In this document: piece after piece, positions 28,352-38,200 of the stretch
How the letters are laid out: every line of letters begins with the position of its first letter
Position numbering within the stretch: the first letter of the stretch is position 1
NCBI GenBank assembly: GCA_031551485.1
Contig: JAVBNO010000019.1
Span: 7,574-71,573 of the forward strand
Source of the DNA: Oscillospiraceae bacterium
Lineage (GTDB): Bacteria; Bacillota; Clostridia; Oscillospirales; Ruminococcaceae
DNA: 64,000 nt
Direction of reading: 5' to 3'
The notes under the pieces: model-generated
Told to the model about the DNA's origin: nothing
The model's input: only the letters and a program-made list of their open reading frames with translations
The model's database searches: none
Made by a program: the position numbers and the translations under genes

Positions 28352-29050
28352 ATGACACTGGAGGAAAAGGTAAGGCTGCCCCAAAACCCAAGAGGCAATC
28401 TTACACTGAAACTGCATCTTGAGGGCAACCGGGTGCGTATTGTCTACAGACCGGCTATCTATTTTAGCGGCGGGTTTGAGGGACGCGCCCAAATGCTGCT
28501 GCCGCTGATGCTAAAGGGCTTTCAGCAGTGGGCAGGCGAATATGAAGTGTTCGGCGTTCCGGCCACGGTGGAAGTGGCAGTGCAGCACCGGATACAGCCC
28601 CATGTGCTGGGGGCGGATATTTTTGTCAACAGCTTTAAGGGGGCGTGCTCGCGGGTGCCGACCGCCTCATTGTGGCGGCCGGGTATCCGCCAGCGGATGA
28701 TTCTTAATTTTGGCTGGGATGCCTTTGGGCACCAGCGGTGCGCTGCCCATTGGCAAGAGAATGTGGTGAATTTGACAGCCCATGAGTTTGGACATGTGCT
28801 GGGTTTGTTCGACGCCTACGGCTACCGCCAGCACTGGCAAAAAGTCGGGTTGGGATGGGCGGCGGACGTGCTGCTGCCGGCGGCGCGGCCTTCGCTGGCG
28901 GCCCCAGACGGCATTATGCGCAGTCCTTATCACAAGCCTGCCGTGGTGACCGGCCGGGAGATTGAGATGATGCTGACAGCCTGGAAAACGGGCCGGTTAC
29001 AGCTATATGAAAACTGTATTTTGCGGCTTGTGGGCGCCCAAAAATTTTAA
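28352..29050 (+). CDS. Hypothetical metzincin-like zinc metalloprotease
   Basis: HEFGHVLGLFD matches HExxHxxGxxD (a snapalysin-type third ligand, Asp). No obvious signal peptide. GGAGAG ribosome-binding site before ATG 28352. Confidence 0.5.
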   Translation: MTLEEKVRLPQNPRGNLTLKLHLEGNRVRIVYRPAIYFSGGFEGRAQMLLPLMLKGFQQWAGEYEVFGVPATVEVAVQHRIQPHVLGADIFVNSFKGACSRVPTASLWRPGIRQRMILNFGWDAFGHQRCAAHWQENVVNLTAHEFGHVLGLFDAYGYRQHWQKVGLGWAADVLLPAARPSLAAPDGIMRSPYHKPAVVTGREIEMMLTAWKTGRLQLYENCILRLVGAQKF

Positions 29051-29173
29051 TGGGATTTTATCTGATTTTTATGAAGTCGGCCCCTTTGTGGTATTGCATT
29101 TGATGTACACATATGCTACAATGTTACGGCGGCCAATCGATGGGACATTGTAGGCTGCGAATCAATTGGTATC

Positions 29174-29250
29174 CGGGTGTGGCGCAGATTGGTAGCGCGC
29201 TACCTTGGGGTGGTAGAGGCCGTGGGTTCAACTCCCGCCACTCGGACCAT
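29174..29250 (+). tRNA. tRNA-Pro (anticodon GGG), CCA encoded
   Basis: Manual cloverleaf: acceptor CCGGGTG/CACTCGG (one G-U), D stem GCGC/GCGC, anticodon stem CTACC/GGTAG with loop TTGGGGT, T arm GTGGG-TTCAACT-CCCGC, discriminator A plus CCA. Confidence 0.85.
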
Positions 29251-29259
29251 AGAAAGATC

Positions 29260-29305
29260 CCGCTAAACCGCTATACAATGCGGCTGGCGGGTTTTCTTCT
29301 TTTTA
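29260..29305 (+). terminator. Intrinsic terminator after tRNA-Pro
   Basis: Stem CCCGC..CCGC / GCGG..GCGGG followed by TTTTCTTCTTTTT. Confidence 0.7.
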
Positions 29306-29444
29306 TAGCACCTCTCGTTTTATCCCTCGAAAAACTGCAAAATCCCGATATAATGCAATTCAAAACATAAATGCATACACCTAAAATTTGCTTGTCTTTT
29401 GCCTGGAAGCCGTGTACAATAGGGTTCACTGAGGAGGTGTGGGC

Positions 29445-29666
29445 ATGGCATTAACACAGGAAGATTTACAGGCAATCGGCGCTTTGATGGATCGTAAGCT
29501 AACGGGTGCATTAGAGCCGATTATGGCGGATATAGCGGCTATGAAAGAAGATGTCGAGCAAATCAGGGAGGATACCGCTGTCATGCGGGAAGCCGTCAAC
29601 AGTTTGGGCGAATGGACGGAGATCGCCTCCGATGTGCTGAAAATTAAATATCCTGTTGAAAAATAA
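29445..29666 (+). CDS. Small (73 aa) predicted coiled-coil protein, hypothetical, monocistronic
   Basis: GGAGG lies 7 nt before ATG 29445. The sequence is helical and acidic (MADIAAMKEDVEQIREDTAVMREAVNSL). It has its own terminator. Confidence 0.55.
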   Translation: MALTQEDLQAIGALMDRKLTGALEPIMADIAAMKEDVEQIREDTAVMREAVNSLGEWTEIASDVLKIKYPVEK

Positions 29667-29671
29667 AAGTA

Positions 29672-29713
29672 GCGGGCTACCTCCACAACGGAAGCGGCCC
29701 GCGCTTTCTTTTT
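29672..29713 (+). terminator. Intrinsic terminator
   Basis: Stem GCGGGC … GCCCGC followed by GCTTTCTTTTT. Confidence 0.65.
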
Positions 29714-30031
29714 GAACGATCAAATTTCCGCGGGCTTTTCAGCCTCATTCGCGGGGTATATCTATATCATTGTCAAAAAGCAAAGACCTTGTAAAAACGC
29801 TATTTTATGAATAGGACACACCACAGTCTACACTGTGCTTGCCTGATTGCCCATAAAGCCTTTGTTTATATCCAAAAAGCTATACACTACAATAAAAATG
29901 CAATCATCTTTCGGGCGATATTGGGAGTCAACCGTCTGCTTATTTTGCGATATGATATTGGCATGTTGCAGCACAGGGCGTTGGTGAACGATCTATCTGT
30001 CTATGGCTATGCAACGATGAGGTGAAATGTC

Positions 30032-30151
30032 ATGAGTAAGCAAAACCTGGAAAAGGCATTGCGTTTGGCTGCGAAAAAAAGTTGGCGAAAACGTTATATA
30101 ATCGGCCGGGTGCATATCATTGCTAAATATTCGAGCAGTTCTAAAATGTAG
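30032..30151 (+). CDS. Possible 39-aa basic small ORF (speculative)
   Basis: GAGGTGA lies 6 nt upstream of the ATG. Product MSKQNLEKALRLAAKKSWRKRYIIGRVHIIAKYSSSSKM. It is below the ORF-track size cutoff and has no other support. Confidence 0.2.
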   Translation: MSKQNLEKALRLAAKKSWRKRYIIGRVHIIAKYSSSSKM

Positions 30152-30193
30152 TTTTCTTCTTTCCAGCAGCGAAAAATCCAGCGTATTTGAGAA

Positions 30194-30222
30194 TTGATTA
30201 TATTCCCCAAAAGGAATATAAT
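30194..30222 (+). promoter_or_regulatory. Sigma-70-type promoter for the HTH / membrane-LuxR transcription unit
   Basis: TTGATT-17 nt-TATAAT. The spacer contains the palindrome ATTCC-N6-GGAAT, a possible operator. Confidence 0.45.
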
Positions 30223-30244
30223 ATTGGTAATTGGAGGCTGCCAT

Positions 30245-30418
30245 ATGCAAACGTACATTTCAACATCAGAAGCCGCCGAAAAGTGGAGAATCCCACAACG
30301 CCGGGTGAAAGTCCTCTGTGCCCACAACAGGATTATCGGGGTTATGAGAGTGGGCAGAGTTTGGGCTATTCCCGCCAATGCCGAAAAACCCCCAGACGCG
30401 CGGAAGAAGAAGGACTGA
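30245..30418 (+). CDS. Small helix-turn-helix DNA-binding protein (57 aa)
   Basis: GGAGG ribosome-binding site. ISTSEAAEKWRIPQRRVKVLCAHNRIIGVMRVGRVWAIP is a typical short MerR/excisionase-like HTH. Lys-rich tail. Confidence 0.65.
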   Translation: MQTYISTSEAAEKWRIPQRRVKVLCAHNRIIGVMRVGRVWAIPANAEKPPDARKKKD

Positions 30419-30438
30419 ATATAGACCAAGAGGTGGGC

Positions 30439-31893
30439 ATGATGGAGGAAGAATCCAGCCATAGCCGCAATTACATATCCCATTTGCTATCATCCATCGG
30501 GAGACTTTGGAATGCACAGGAAACGCTGAATGTCAGAAACGTTCGGCTCAGCCATTTGCCATACTTTCTTGCGTTTCCGCTGGCGATGATCTTTGTCAAC
30601 ACGCAGGAGCACCTGTTTGCGGAGCAGGCGGGGCTGTTCAGCCTTAGCGGCGGATCAGTCGCCTTTATCGGGTACTGCCTCGGCGCCGCCCTGCTGTTTG
30701 TGTTCGCGCATACCGGGAACATGTCTAAGTTGTCAAAAGGATTTTCCGTTCTGGCACTGATCGGGTTCGTTTTGTGGCTCATCATGCCGGGCGGTATGCT
30801 TGGGCTGCTGTTCGCGTTTCTGTTCATGTTTGGTGTCGGCGGCTGCATGTCCAGCGGTACTTTCTCCTTTTGCTTTATTTTGAATAATGCTGAACGGTTT
30901 TGGGGGAGCGCCGCCGTCCTGCTTTTTCAGGGCCTCGCATTCGCGAACTCAGGAGGGACATTTGTGCCTTCCGCATTGATGAAGGTGTTCCTGATCATTA
31001 TAATCGCCGGCATAGTCATCTGCGCGTTTGCCTGCCGGACAGAGAGCTTTACCGAAGCGGGAAAACGGCCGAAAGGCCAGTTCGGCCCCGCCGTGTGGCT
31101 GATGTATTTTCTCTTTATGGCCTATTTCTACATCGAGTTCATCATAAGCCCTGTTCCCATTTTTCAAGGTGCCGGCGCCTTACTGTGGCGTGGCATGTTC
31201 TCGGTAACTGCGGTTTTTTTATGTGCCATTATCCAGGTATTATTGCGGCGCAGCCTTTGGACGTTGTGGAATCTGTCGTTTATCGCCGCCATCGGGTGCG
31301 TCGCTATAGCGCTTGCCAGCCAGCCGGAGGCTGCCAACGCGCTTCGCGGCCTGAAATCCGTCGGTTATTTCGCGTCATTTTACCTGATCGGGTGCGTCTC
31401 CAACCGGTTTTGCGATTTCCGCATGTTCAAGCGCCTGATATTCCTTGTGATGATGTCGTGCATCCCCATCTATATCGTGCCGGAACTCCTGTCCGGTACC
31501 GCTTACATGATACCTGCGGCAATAGGCCTGTCGAGCGCCCTGTTTGTCGTGTTCCTGATGCTGTCGCCGGCTTTCGCGAAACATCTGTTCTTCGCGGAAT
31601 GGTCGGAAAATCTGCGTATGCTCACCATGTCGGAAGCGCAGGCGCACGTCGAGAAAGCCGATTCGTTTGAAAAATTGAACCTCACACAGCGCGAAAAAGA
31701 AATAGCGGCATTGCTGCTACAGGGAATGGCAGTAAAAGAGCTTGCCGCCGAACTTGACATATCGTTTGACACAGCCAGATTTCACAACAAGAACCTGTAC
31801 AAAAAACTCGGTATCGTAAGCCGCTCGGAACTGTTTGCCCGCTTTGGTGCGGAAGCTAAAAATGCGGTTGAACAAACGCCGCGCCCCCAATAA
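30439..31893 (+). CDS. Polytopic membrane protein (~10-12 TM) with a C-terminal LuxR/FixJ-type HTH
   Basis: About 400 aa of hydrophobic helices, then LTQREKEIAALLLQGMAVKELAAELDISFDTARFHNKNLYKKLGI. The start at MMEEESS (ATG 30439, ribosome-binding site AGAGGTGGG) was chosen because the upstream part of the long ORF is occupied by the HTH gene in another frame. Confidence 0.8.
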   Translation: MMEEESSHSRNYISHLLSSIGRLWNAQETLNVRNVRLSHLPYFLAFPLAMIFVNTQEHLFAEQAGLFSLSGGSVAFIGYCLGAALLFVFAHTGNMSKLSKGFSVLALIGFVLWLIMPGGMLGLLFAFLFMFGVGGCMSSGTFSFCFILNNAERFWGSAAVLLFQGLAFANSGGTFVPSALMKVFLIIIIAGIVICAFACRTESFTEAGKRPKGQFGPAVWLMYFLFMAYFYIEFIISPVPIFQGAGALLWRGMFSVTAVFLCAIIQVLLRRSLWTLWNLSFIAAIGCVAIALASQPEAANALRGLKSVGYFASFYLIGCVSNRFCDFRMFKRLIFLVMMSCIPIYIVPELLSGTAYMIPAAIGLSSALFVVFLMLSPAFAKHLFFAEWSENLRMLTMSEAQAHVEKADSFEKLNLTQREKEIAALLLQGMAVKELAAELDISFDTARFHNKNLYKKLGIVSRSELFARFGAEAKNAVEQTPRPQ

Positions 31894-31926
31894 ACAGCAT
31901 CTCAAGATATAATCACACTGAGGATG

Positions 31927-31960
31927 ATACCCTGCCGCACCCAGGCAGGGTATTTTTTTT
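31927..31960 (+). terminator. Strong intrinsic terminator
   Basis: Stem ATACCCTGCC / GGCAGGGTAT followed by T8. Confidence 0.85.
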
Positions 31961-32034
31961 GCCCACCTACCCAAAGATGTAGCTATACAAATCGGTACTC
32001 CGCAGGTAAAAATGGAATTACGAGGAGGTGCCGT

Positions 32035-32271
32035 ATGGATATTTTGAAAAACGCTTCCGGGGAAAGCGTCACCTTGACACCGCGGGAGCGAGAGGTCTTT
32101 CAGCTTCTACTTAAAGGCATGAAGGAGAAAGAAATTGCGGGCGCGCTCCATATCAGCCGGTCGGGGGTCGGCTTCTTCACCAAAAGAATCTATAAGAAGC
32201 TCGACGTCAATTCAAAACCCGAGCTGATATTGCGCTACTACAATTTCGGCGGATCTAAAGAGGGGGAATAA
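32035..32271 (+). CDS. LuxR-family HTH 'solo' (78 aa; no receiver or ligand domain)
   Basis: GAGGAGG ribosome-binding site. LTPREREVFQLLLKGMKEKEIAGALHISRSGVGFFTKRIYKKLDV. The stop lies 2 nt before the giant ORF start. Confidence 0.8.
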   Translation: MDILKNASGESVTLTPREREVFQLLLKGMKEKEIAGALHISRSGVGFFTKRIYKKLDVNSKPELILRYYNFGGSKEGE

Positions 32272-32273
32272 TC

Positions 32274-35200
32274 GTGAAACAGTTGACAGGAGCCTGGAAC
32301 TGGATCCAAAAGCAATTCAAAGTACATACGACCAGATCATTGCTCATATCCATACCTGCCGCCGCACTCATCACAGCCGGGGTTTTATGGGCCTGCGGCA
32401 TTTTATCACTGGAATCGTGGAGCTATCTGCCTAATCGTGAATACATCCTCGCGCCGACGGAACCAGCAGAACCGCAGACACTGAATGAGCTGCTACACAG
32501 CGACATGCCTAGCATGGATACCCTTTTGCAAAACCCCTCCATTGCGCAGGAGCTGCTCAATGCCAAAACGCTAACCGACGTTGTGGATTCGCGGCTGGCC
32601 CTAAACAATCTTCATGATCTGGATGTTCAGCTTGCGGCCCAGCTTGCGGAGGATCCAGAAACCATTGATGTGGTCGATATGGAATCGGCACAGATCAATG
32701 CAGTATCGGCGAGCCATTCCGAGAAAGCTGTCATTACCTCTCTTGTGTATACACCGGGTGATCACAGCGCCGAGCAGCTTGCCACAACCAATGCCTTGCA
32801 AAATCAATACCAGACTATGGCGACGCTCAAAGCGGCCACCGGCCAGCTGCTCGCCCCCAAGGAATACGACGACCTTGTCGTGATGCCTATCGCCATGAAT
32901 ATGAAGGGTATCGTCGACGACGGTGAGGCGATGATTCACCTGCTCCCGGCGGGCGACTGGCTGCCGACAGATGGATATAAACTTTACCGCGAGGTAGACG
33001 GGCAAAGCGTACTGATCGCCGAAAATGTCGCATCGCCCAGTGCCGCGCTCGCCGGCGGCGTCGGGGGGGAACATGCTTTGAAGGTTCAGGCGCTATACAA
33101 GCAGGCCGAGCTTTCCGACGCCAAGCTCTCACAGCTCGGCATGACGGCCTCCCAGTTCCGCGAGACGGCCTACCGCATGGACACGGCGGAGAGCAAAACC
33201 CGTATCAGTGGCCAGAATAACTTTATGAGAATGCACGAACTGCTCATCACTGAGCCCAACGGCAATGAGCAGAAAATTCCCGAGACCGACCTGATGCTCG
33301 GCTCACCCGTTGTTGTAATGGGCAGGCAGGCAAACGGACTCTATCAAAGTGCCGCCGTTCAAAGCAGGATTTGGAAACAGTTCTCACTCATTCCCTCAGC
33401 GCTGCCTTCCGGCATTGACAGTATCCAGACACTGCCTAATGGCCAAGCAAAGTATAGGCTTGCCGCAGAGATCATGGCGGCGCGGCAGCAAATTTCCACC
33501 CTCAGCTTTGTGGACGATGCGTTTGCCGAGGAAGCCGGCTTTTTGATTCGCGACGATCTTTCGACGCTTGGCCTTGACGACGGAACAACGGTCACCTATC
33601 GCGTCGAAACGCCAGATCATCAAACCTCAACGCTCGAAATCGCCTACGGATATACCAATACACTGACAAAGCCGCAAGGCCTGATGGGCTACGGCATTGA
33701 CGGCAAGGTACCGCTGCGCTGGAATGCGGCGGAAAACCCGCAGGAGCGCGGCATCATCAGCGGGTATATGATCGAACGAAAACTCGACGGCGAAAGCAAG
33801 TTCACGGTGGTTAATGGGGAACCGGTCGCCATCACATACATACTCAACGAAAACGACATCTATTTCGAAACGCTGTCCTTTTACGAAGACGCCGTGGAAA
33901 ATGGAAGAACCGCCGAGTACCGCATCCGTTCTCTGGACATCTTCGGCCGCATGAGCAAGCCGTCGGATGTCATCAAGTTTAAAGTAGAGCAGGTCACCCC
34001 GCCTAACGCGCCGACGGTGAGCGCTCCGGTATTTTCCAGGGACGGCAGCAGCGCGTCCATCGGCGAAATGATAGCGGTACAAAATGCAATTAACCAAAAC
34101 AAAGGAAAAACGGGTATCGTGCTGCCGGTGTTCACCGATTCAGCGGACACTGTGCGCTTCACCATTTACCGTGCCGAAGCCGTGGGCGCGCGGCCCTTTG
34201 GTAAGCCGGTACCCATTGCCAACCTTTCGTATGACAACCCCAAACCAAAAGCGGAAGCAACTGCGTCTTCCGAGCCCTTGACGGAGCCCGTGCCGCAGGA
34301 GCAGGCGCAGACCGGGATTAAGAGGGTAAACGGCACGCAACAGACGCTGCTGCAGAACGCCGCGGCAAGCTATCCCGACCTGGTGTATTATGACGCGGAC
34401 ATCAAGGAAGGTGTCACCTACAAATACTGGGTTTCGGTTTGGGATAGCTGGAACAACGAGAGCGCGTGGTCGCAGTCGGTTTCGTATGGCGTAAGGACCG
34501 GGGCGGAACCCGCAACTCCCGCGGCGCTTAACGCCGCCATGCTCGTTCGGGAGCTCCCCGATCGCTCAAACGATCCGCCCGGATTGGTGAACGATTCCAC
34601 CGTGACGCTCGCCAATCTGGCGCAAATGCCGACAATGCCCGTTCGGAAGATCCCCGGCACCGATGCCGATACGGTCAAGCGGGCTGACGAGAGCGGTATC
34701 GCCATCGGCCATTTCATGAGTGTTGCCGGTATGCCGGATGTGATTGACAAGCAATTCGACAACCTGCCCGAGCAGAAGTATATCCATATGCTGGTGGCCG
34801 TGCGCGGCGAGGATGTGCAGCCTAACGGCGGCGCGTGGCTCCAGTGGCCCGCCTATTCCGGCGAAGGGCTGGGCGGATACGCGGTATACAGGCCCGTCTT
34901 TCCCGTAGGCGCATTACCCGATTTACAGCAGATGAGCCGCAGCGAGCTGATTCAGCTGGGCACATGGAAAAAAACGACAAGCAACACGGTTACGCAGAAT
35001 CAGCTCTTCGTCACCGGCCTGGACAAAACGCCGGGGAAAATCCATCTGTTTCTGATCTGCTTGCTTCCGGAAACGGAAGGAACGACAGCGTCGATAGAAA
35101 CTGATGGAAAAAAAGAAACCATTTTCGTTCCCGAGGGGCTGCAGCACGCGCAAGCGCCGATCTATTCCCCGCATCAAATCATTTTTGCTGAGGATTTGTA

Positions 35201-38200
35201 CTCCTATCGGGATTACTATCATGAAATCGAGGGACTTGAGTTAACGTGGGAGGCCGCGGCGGGAAATCCGGAATATGCCGTCTTCATGATTGAAGTTCCG
35301 CGAGAGTTGCCTTCATTAAGCATCGATAAATACAAACAAATGTCCGTTGAGGAGCTTTGGAACCTGGGCGGCTGGAAGCGAATGTTGACCACCTCCAAAA
35401 CAAACGCCGTGATCAGCGAAACCTCCTATTCGCATTTAGTGGATACGATGCCGATCATCGCCGTATGCGTACAGACGGGCAGTAAAAACATCACCGATAT
35501 CACGCGTGAGCAATCTGTCGACTTGAGTATTGACTTATTAACATCAAAGACTGCCCAAGAGATTCACGCGGGTTTTGTTTCGCTGGATTGGGATATTCCC
35601 GACGACCCGCAGGTGCAGTTCTACCGCGTCTACCGCGCGGAAGTGAACTCCTTCAAGACCCCGGTGGACGAATCAGCACTTGCGTGGACGCTGGTGGGGG
35701 ACCGGCTGAGTTCTCCCCAGTACACCGACCCGGTGGAGCAGAGCCGCGCACACTTCTATTACTACAAAGTCACATCGGTTTCACCTTGGGGCGTGGAGGC
35801 TGCGGCGGGAACGGTAAAACCGTTTCGCGTGCCGGCCACCAAGCCGCCGCAGACGCCTAATCTGCTTACGCCGCTGCAGAGTAAGGACGGCATAAAAGTC
35901 AACTTTGCCGCCGTGCCGTACTGCGATAAATATGTGATTTATCGGACAGCCATTACGAACGTAAGCGATGAGTATCTAACCAGGCTGAACAGCAATGTAA
36001 AGACCGCGTTATTTTCCAGCCCTTCGTTGGAGGATGAATTCCTCACCTCTCTATTGGGCAGCTCCATTAAGCTCAGCGGAAAGCCGGGGCTGCAAACACC
36101 GCTCAATGCCGCCAGCCGGTTCAAAACGCTACATTACGGAGACGCCAGCCGGGTATCGGGGCTTGATACCGGCACAAAGCTATCCACATACCAACAAATC
36201 CTCAATGACCTCGGCCCGCTTGCCCTGGCCGATTACCGCGATCTTTCGATTGAGATGATGAAACGGGTCACGTGGGAAAATATAGGTGAACTGCGCGTTG
36301 ATTATGAAACCGGCGCGGTGCTCGACCCGAATACTGGCAATCCTGTCGACCCAGTTGATCCCGCCACAGGTTTGCTCAAGCCGCTCTATTTCATTGATCC
36401 AACGCCCCAATACGGCATCATGTACTTATACACTGTGCAGGCCTGGAACGACGACGGCCTTGGTTCCACGCGGCCGGAACCCATTGAGGCGACACCAAGG
36501 CGAAGCGGGCCGTTCGATCCCATCAAGAATCTGAAAGGGGAGTGGGTGAACAAGCAGCCCCTGCTGACGTGGAACACGCCCAGGATGTCCACTCTCACGC
36601 CGGAGCGCTGCCTTGAGGAGACAGTCGGCTATATTGTCTACCGTTCCGACACCAAGAACGGCGAATACTATCAGGCAAGCCCCATGGTATTCGCGCCTAC
36701 ATGGACGGACAAAAATGCCGACCCGTATGCGTATAACTGGTATCGCATCAAGGTGTTGGATACCGGTGGCTACCTCAGCGAGTTTTCCGATCCGATACTG
36801 ATGCAAATGAATTTCGTCAGCACGGTAAAGCCCAAAATTCCGCATTTTTCGCTCGACCCTCTGCAGGCGCCGACAATTGCCTTTGAACGTAACCGCTATA
36901 CGGTCGCCTTGCGTATACCTTTTGAGGCGAGCTATACGCTTACAGGCACGGAGCCGATAGAGGTGACTGTTACGGCGGTGGATGCCAACGGATCGCCGGT
37001 GACAGGATTCACAGTGGACGCAACGGCGAAGAAGGTGCTTGCGGGGCCGGCATTGGGCGTCGGCACTTACAGCGTCACGGTCCAGGCAGAGAACGCGGCG
37101 GGCACGGACCAAAAGGATTTTGTGCTCACCGTTGGCGAACCGGAGGCGCGCACGCCACCGAAGCTGGCGACGCGCGACGATCAGTATACCTTTGTCTTTT
37201 CGCGCCCGGCCAGGCCGACGGGCACATTTGAAGAGCAGCTTGCCGCCACAGGCAGCATACCGCTGACCTGGTCGCTGGAGCCGTATGTGGAAGCCACGGG
37301 AATGCCAAGTACGGTGCCGGAAACGGTGAGCATAGATCAAAACGGCTTATTAAGCATCGAGCAGCAAACTGCCGCCGGCAGTTACTTCTTCTACGTCGTC
37401 GTCAGCAACGCTATGGGCAGCGACAAGCAGCTCATCCATATGGAAATCGCGAATGCTTCCGCGCTATCCCAAACATTCAGGCCAAGAGGGGTCTCTGTGT
37501 CAAGTGGGCGAAGTGAAGGAACGATGCCGCTGGTACAGCTTGTCGTGTCGGAACAGAAGCCAGCAGATAAAGGCGGCTATTACAGCGACAGCGCGGATTG
37601 CGCAGGCTTTACGCTGGCCGATGTCAGCCTTATCCCTTCCTCTGCAAGTGCGCCGCACTCGCCAGGCTATGTCGGCACCGCAACGCTGAACCTGGAAGGC
37701 GTGGAGCCAATCCCGGTGCACATTTACGGCGCGACCATGCAGACCACGTCGGACGGGGAAGTGATGACCGTCGGGACGGTCTATCTTGATCAGCCGGTGG
37801 TACTGAAGGCCACCGGTGTCACACTGGTCAGCATGGACATTAACCCGAAAAACGAGAAGCAGACCGTAAGCGGATATGTAAAAAGCACCAAGCCCAATCA
37901 AAACGTGATGGGCAGCACCTACGCCGTGGCGTTTACCGATGCCGTCCTGTCGCCGCAAGGCACTGTAAACGCCGCCGTCACGATACCCACGCTCAAGTAT
38001 GAACAATTCGTGTTGCACAACATCGACAACGTTCAGATCAGGCTGCCGAGCACGGCTTCAGATACGTTCTTCCTGATGGCCTCCTGCAAGCAAGTGACGA
38101 TGAAAGCGCCGCTGGAGACGCTCAGTAACGAGGGCATCACTTTTGGCGCAGGCTCGTACGGCTTTGACTTGGACGGCAAAATAAGCGGCACCATGGTGGC

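Noticed and set aside
29113-29370. 85-aa ORF overlapping the tRNA-Pro gene
   Set aside because: It reads straight through a well-folding tRNA and its terminator, so it is spurious.
30187-30438. N-terminal 84 codons of the 568-aa track ORF (membrane LuxR)
   Set aside because: This stretch is occupied in another frame by a 57-aa HTH gene with a GGAGG ribosome-binding site. The in-frame extension is Arg/Gln-rich and non-hydrophobic. An internal ATG at 30439 has its own ribosome-binding site.
35060-35080. LPETEG in the giant protein as a possible sortase LPXTG signal
   Set aside because: The motif is LPETE-G rather than LPXTG. It lies ~930 aa into a 3,009-aa protein and is not followed by a hydrophobic segment plus basic tail.
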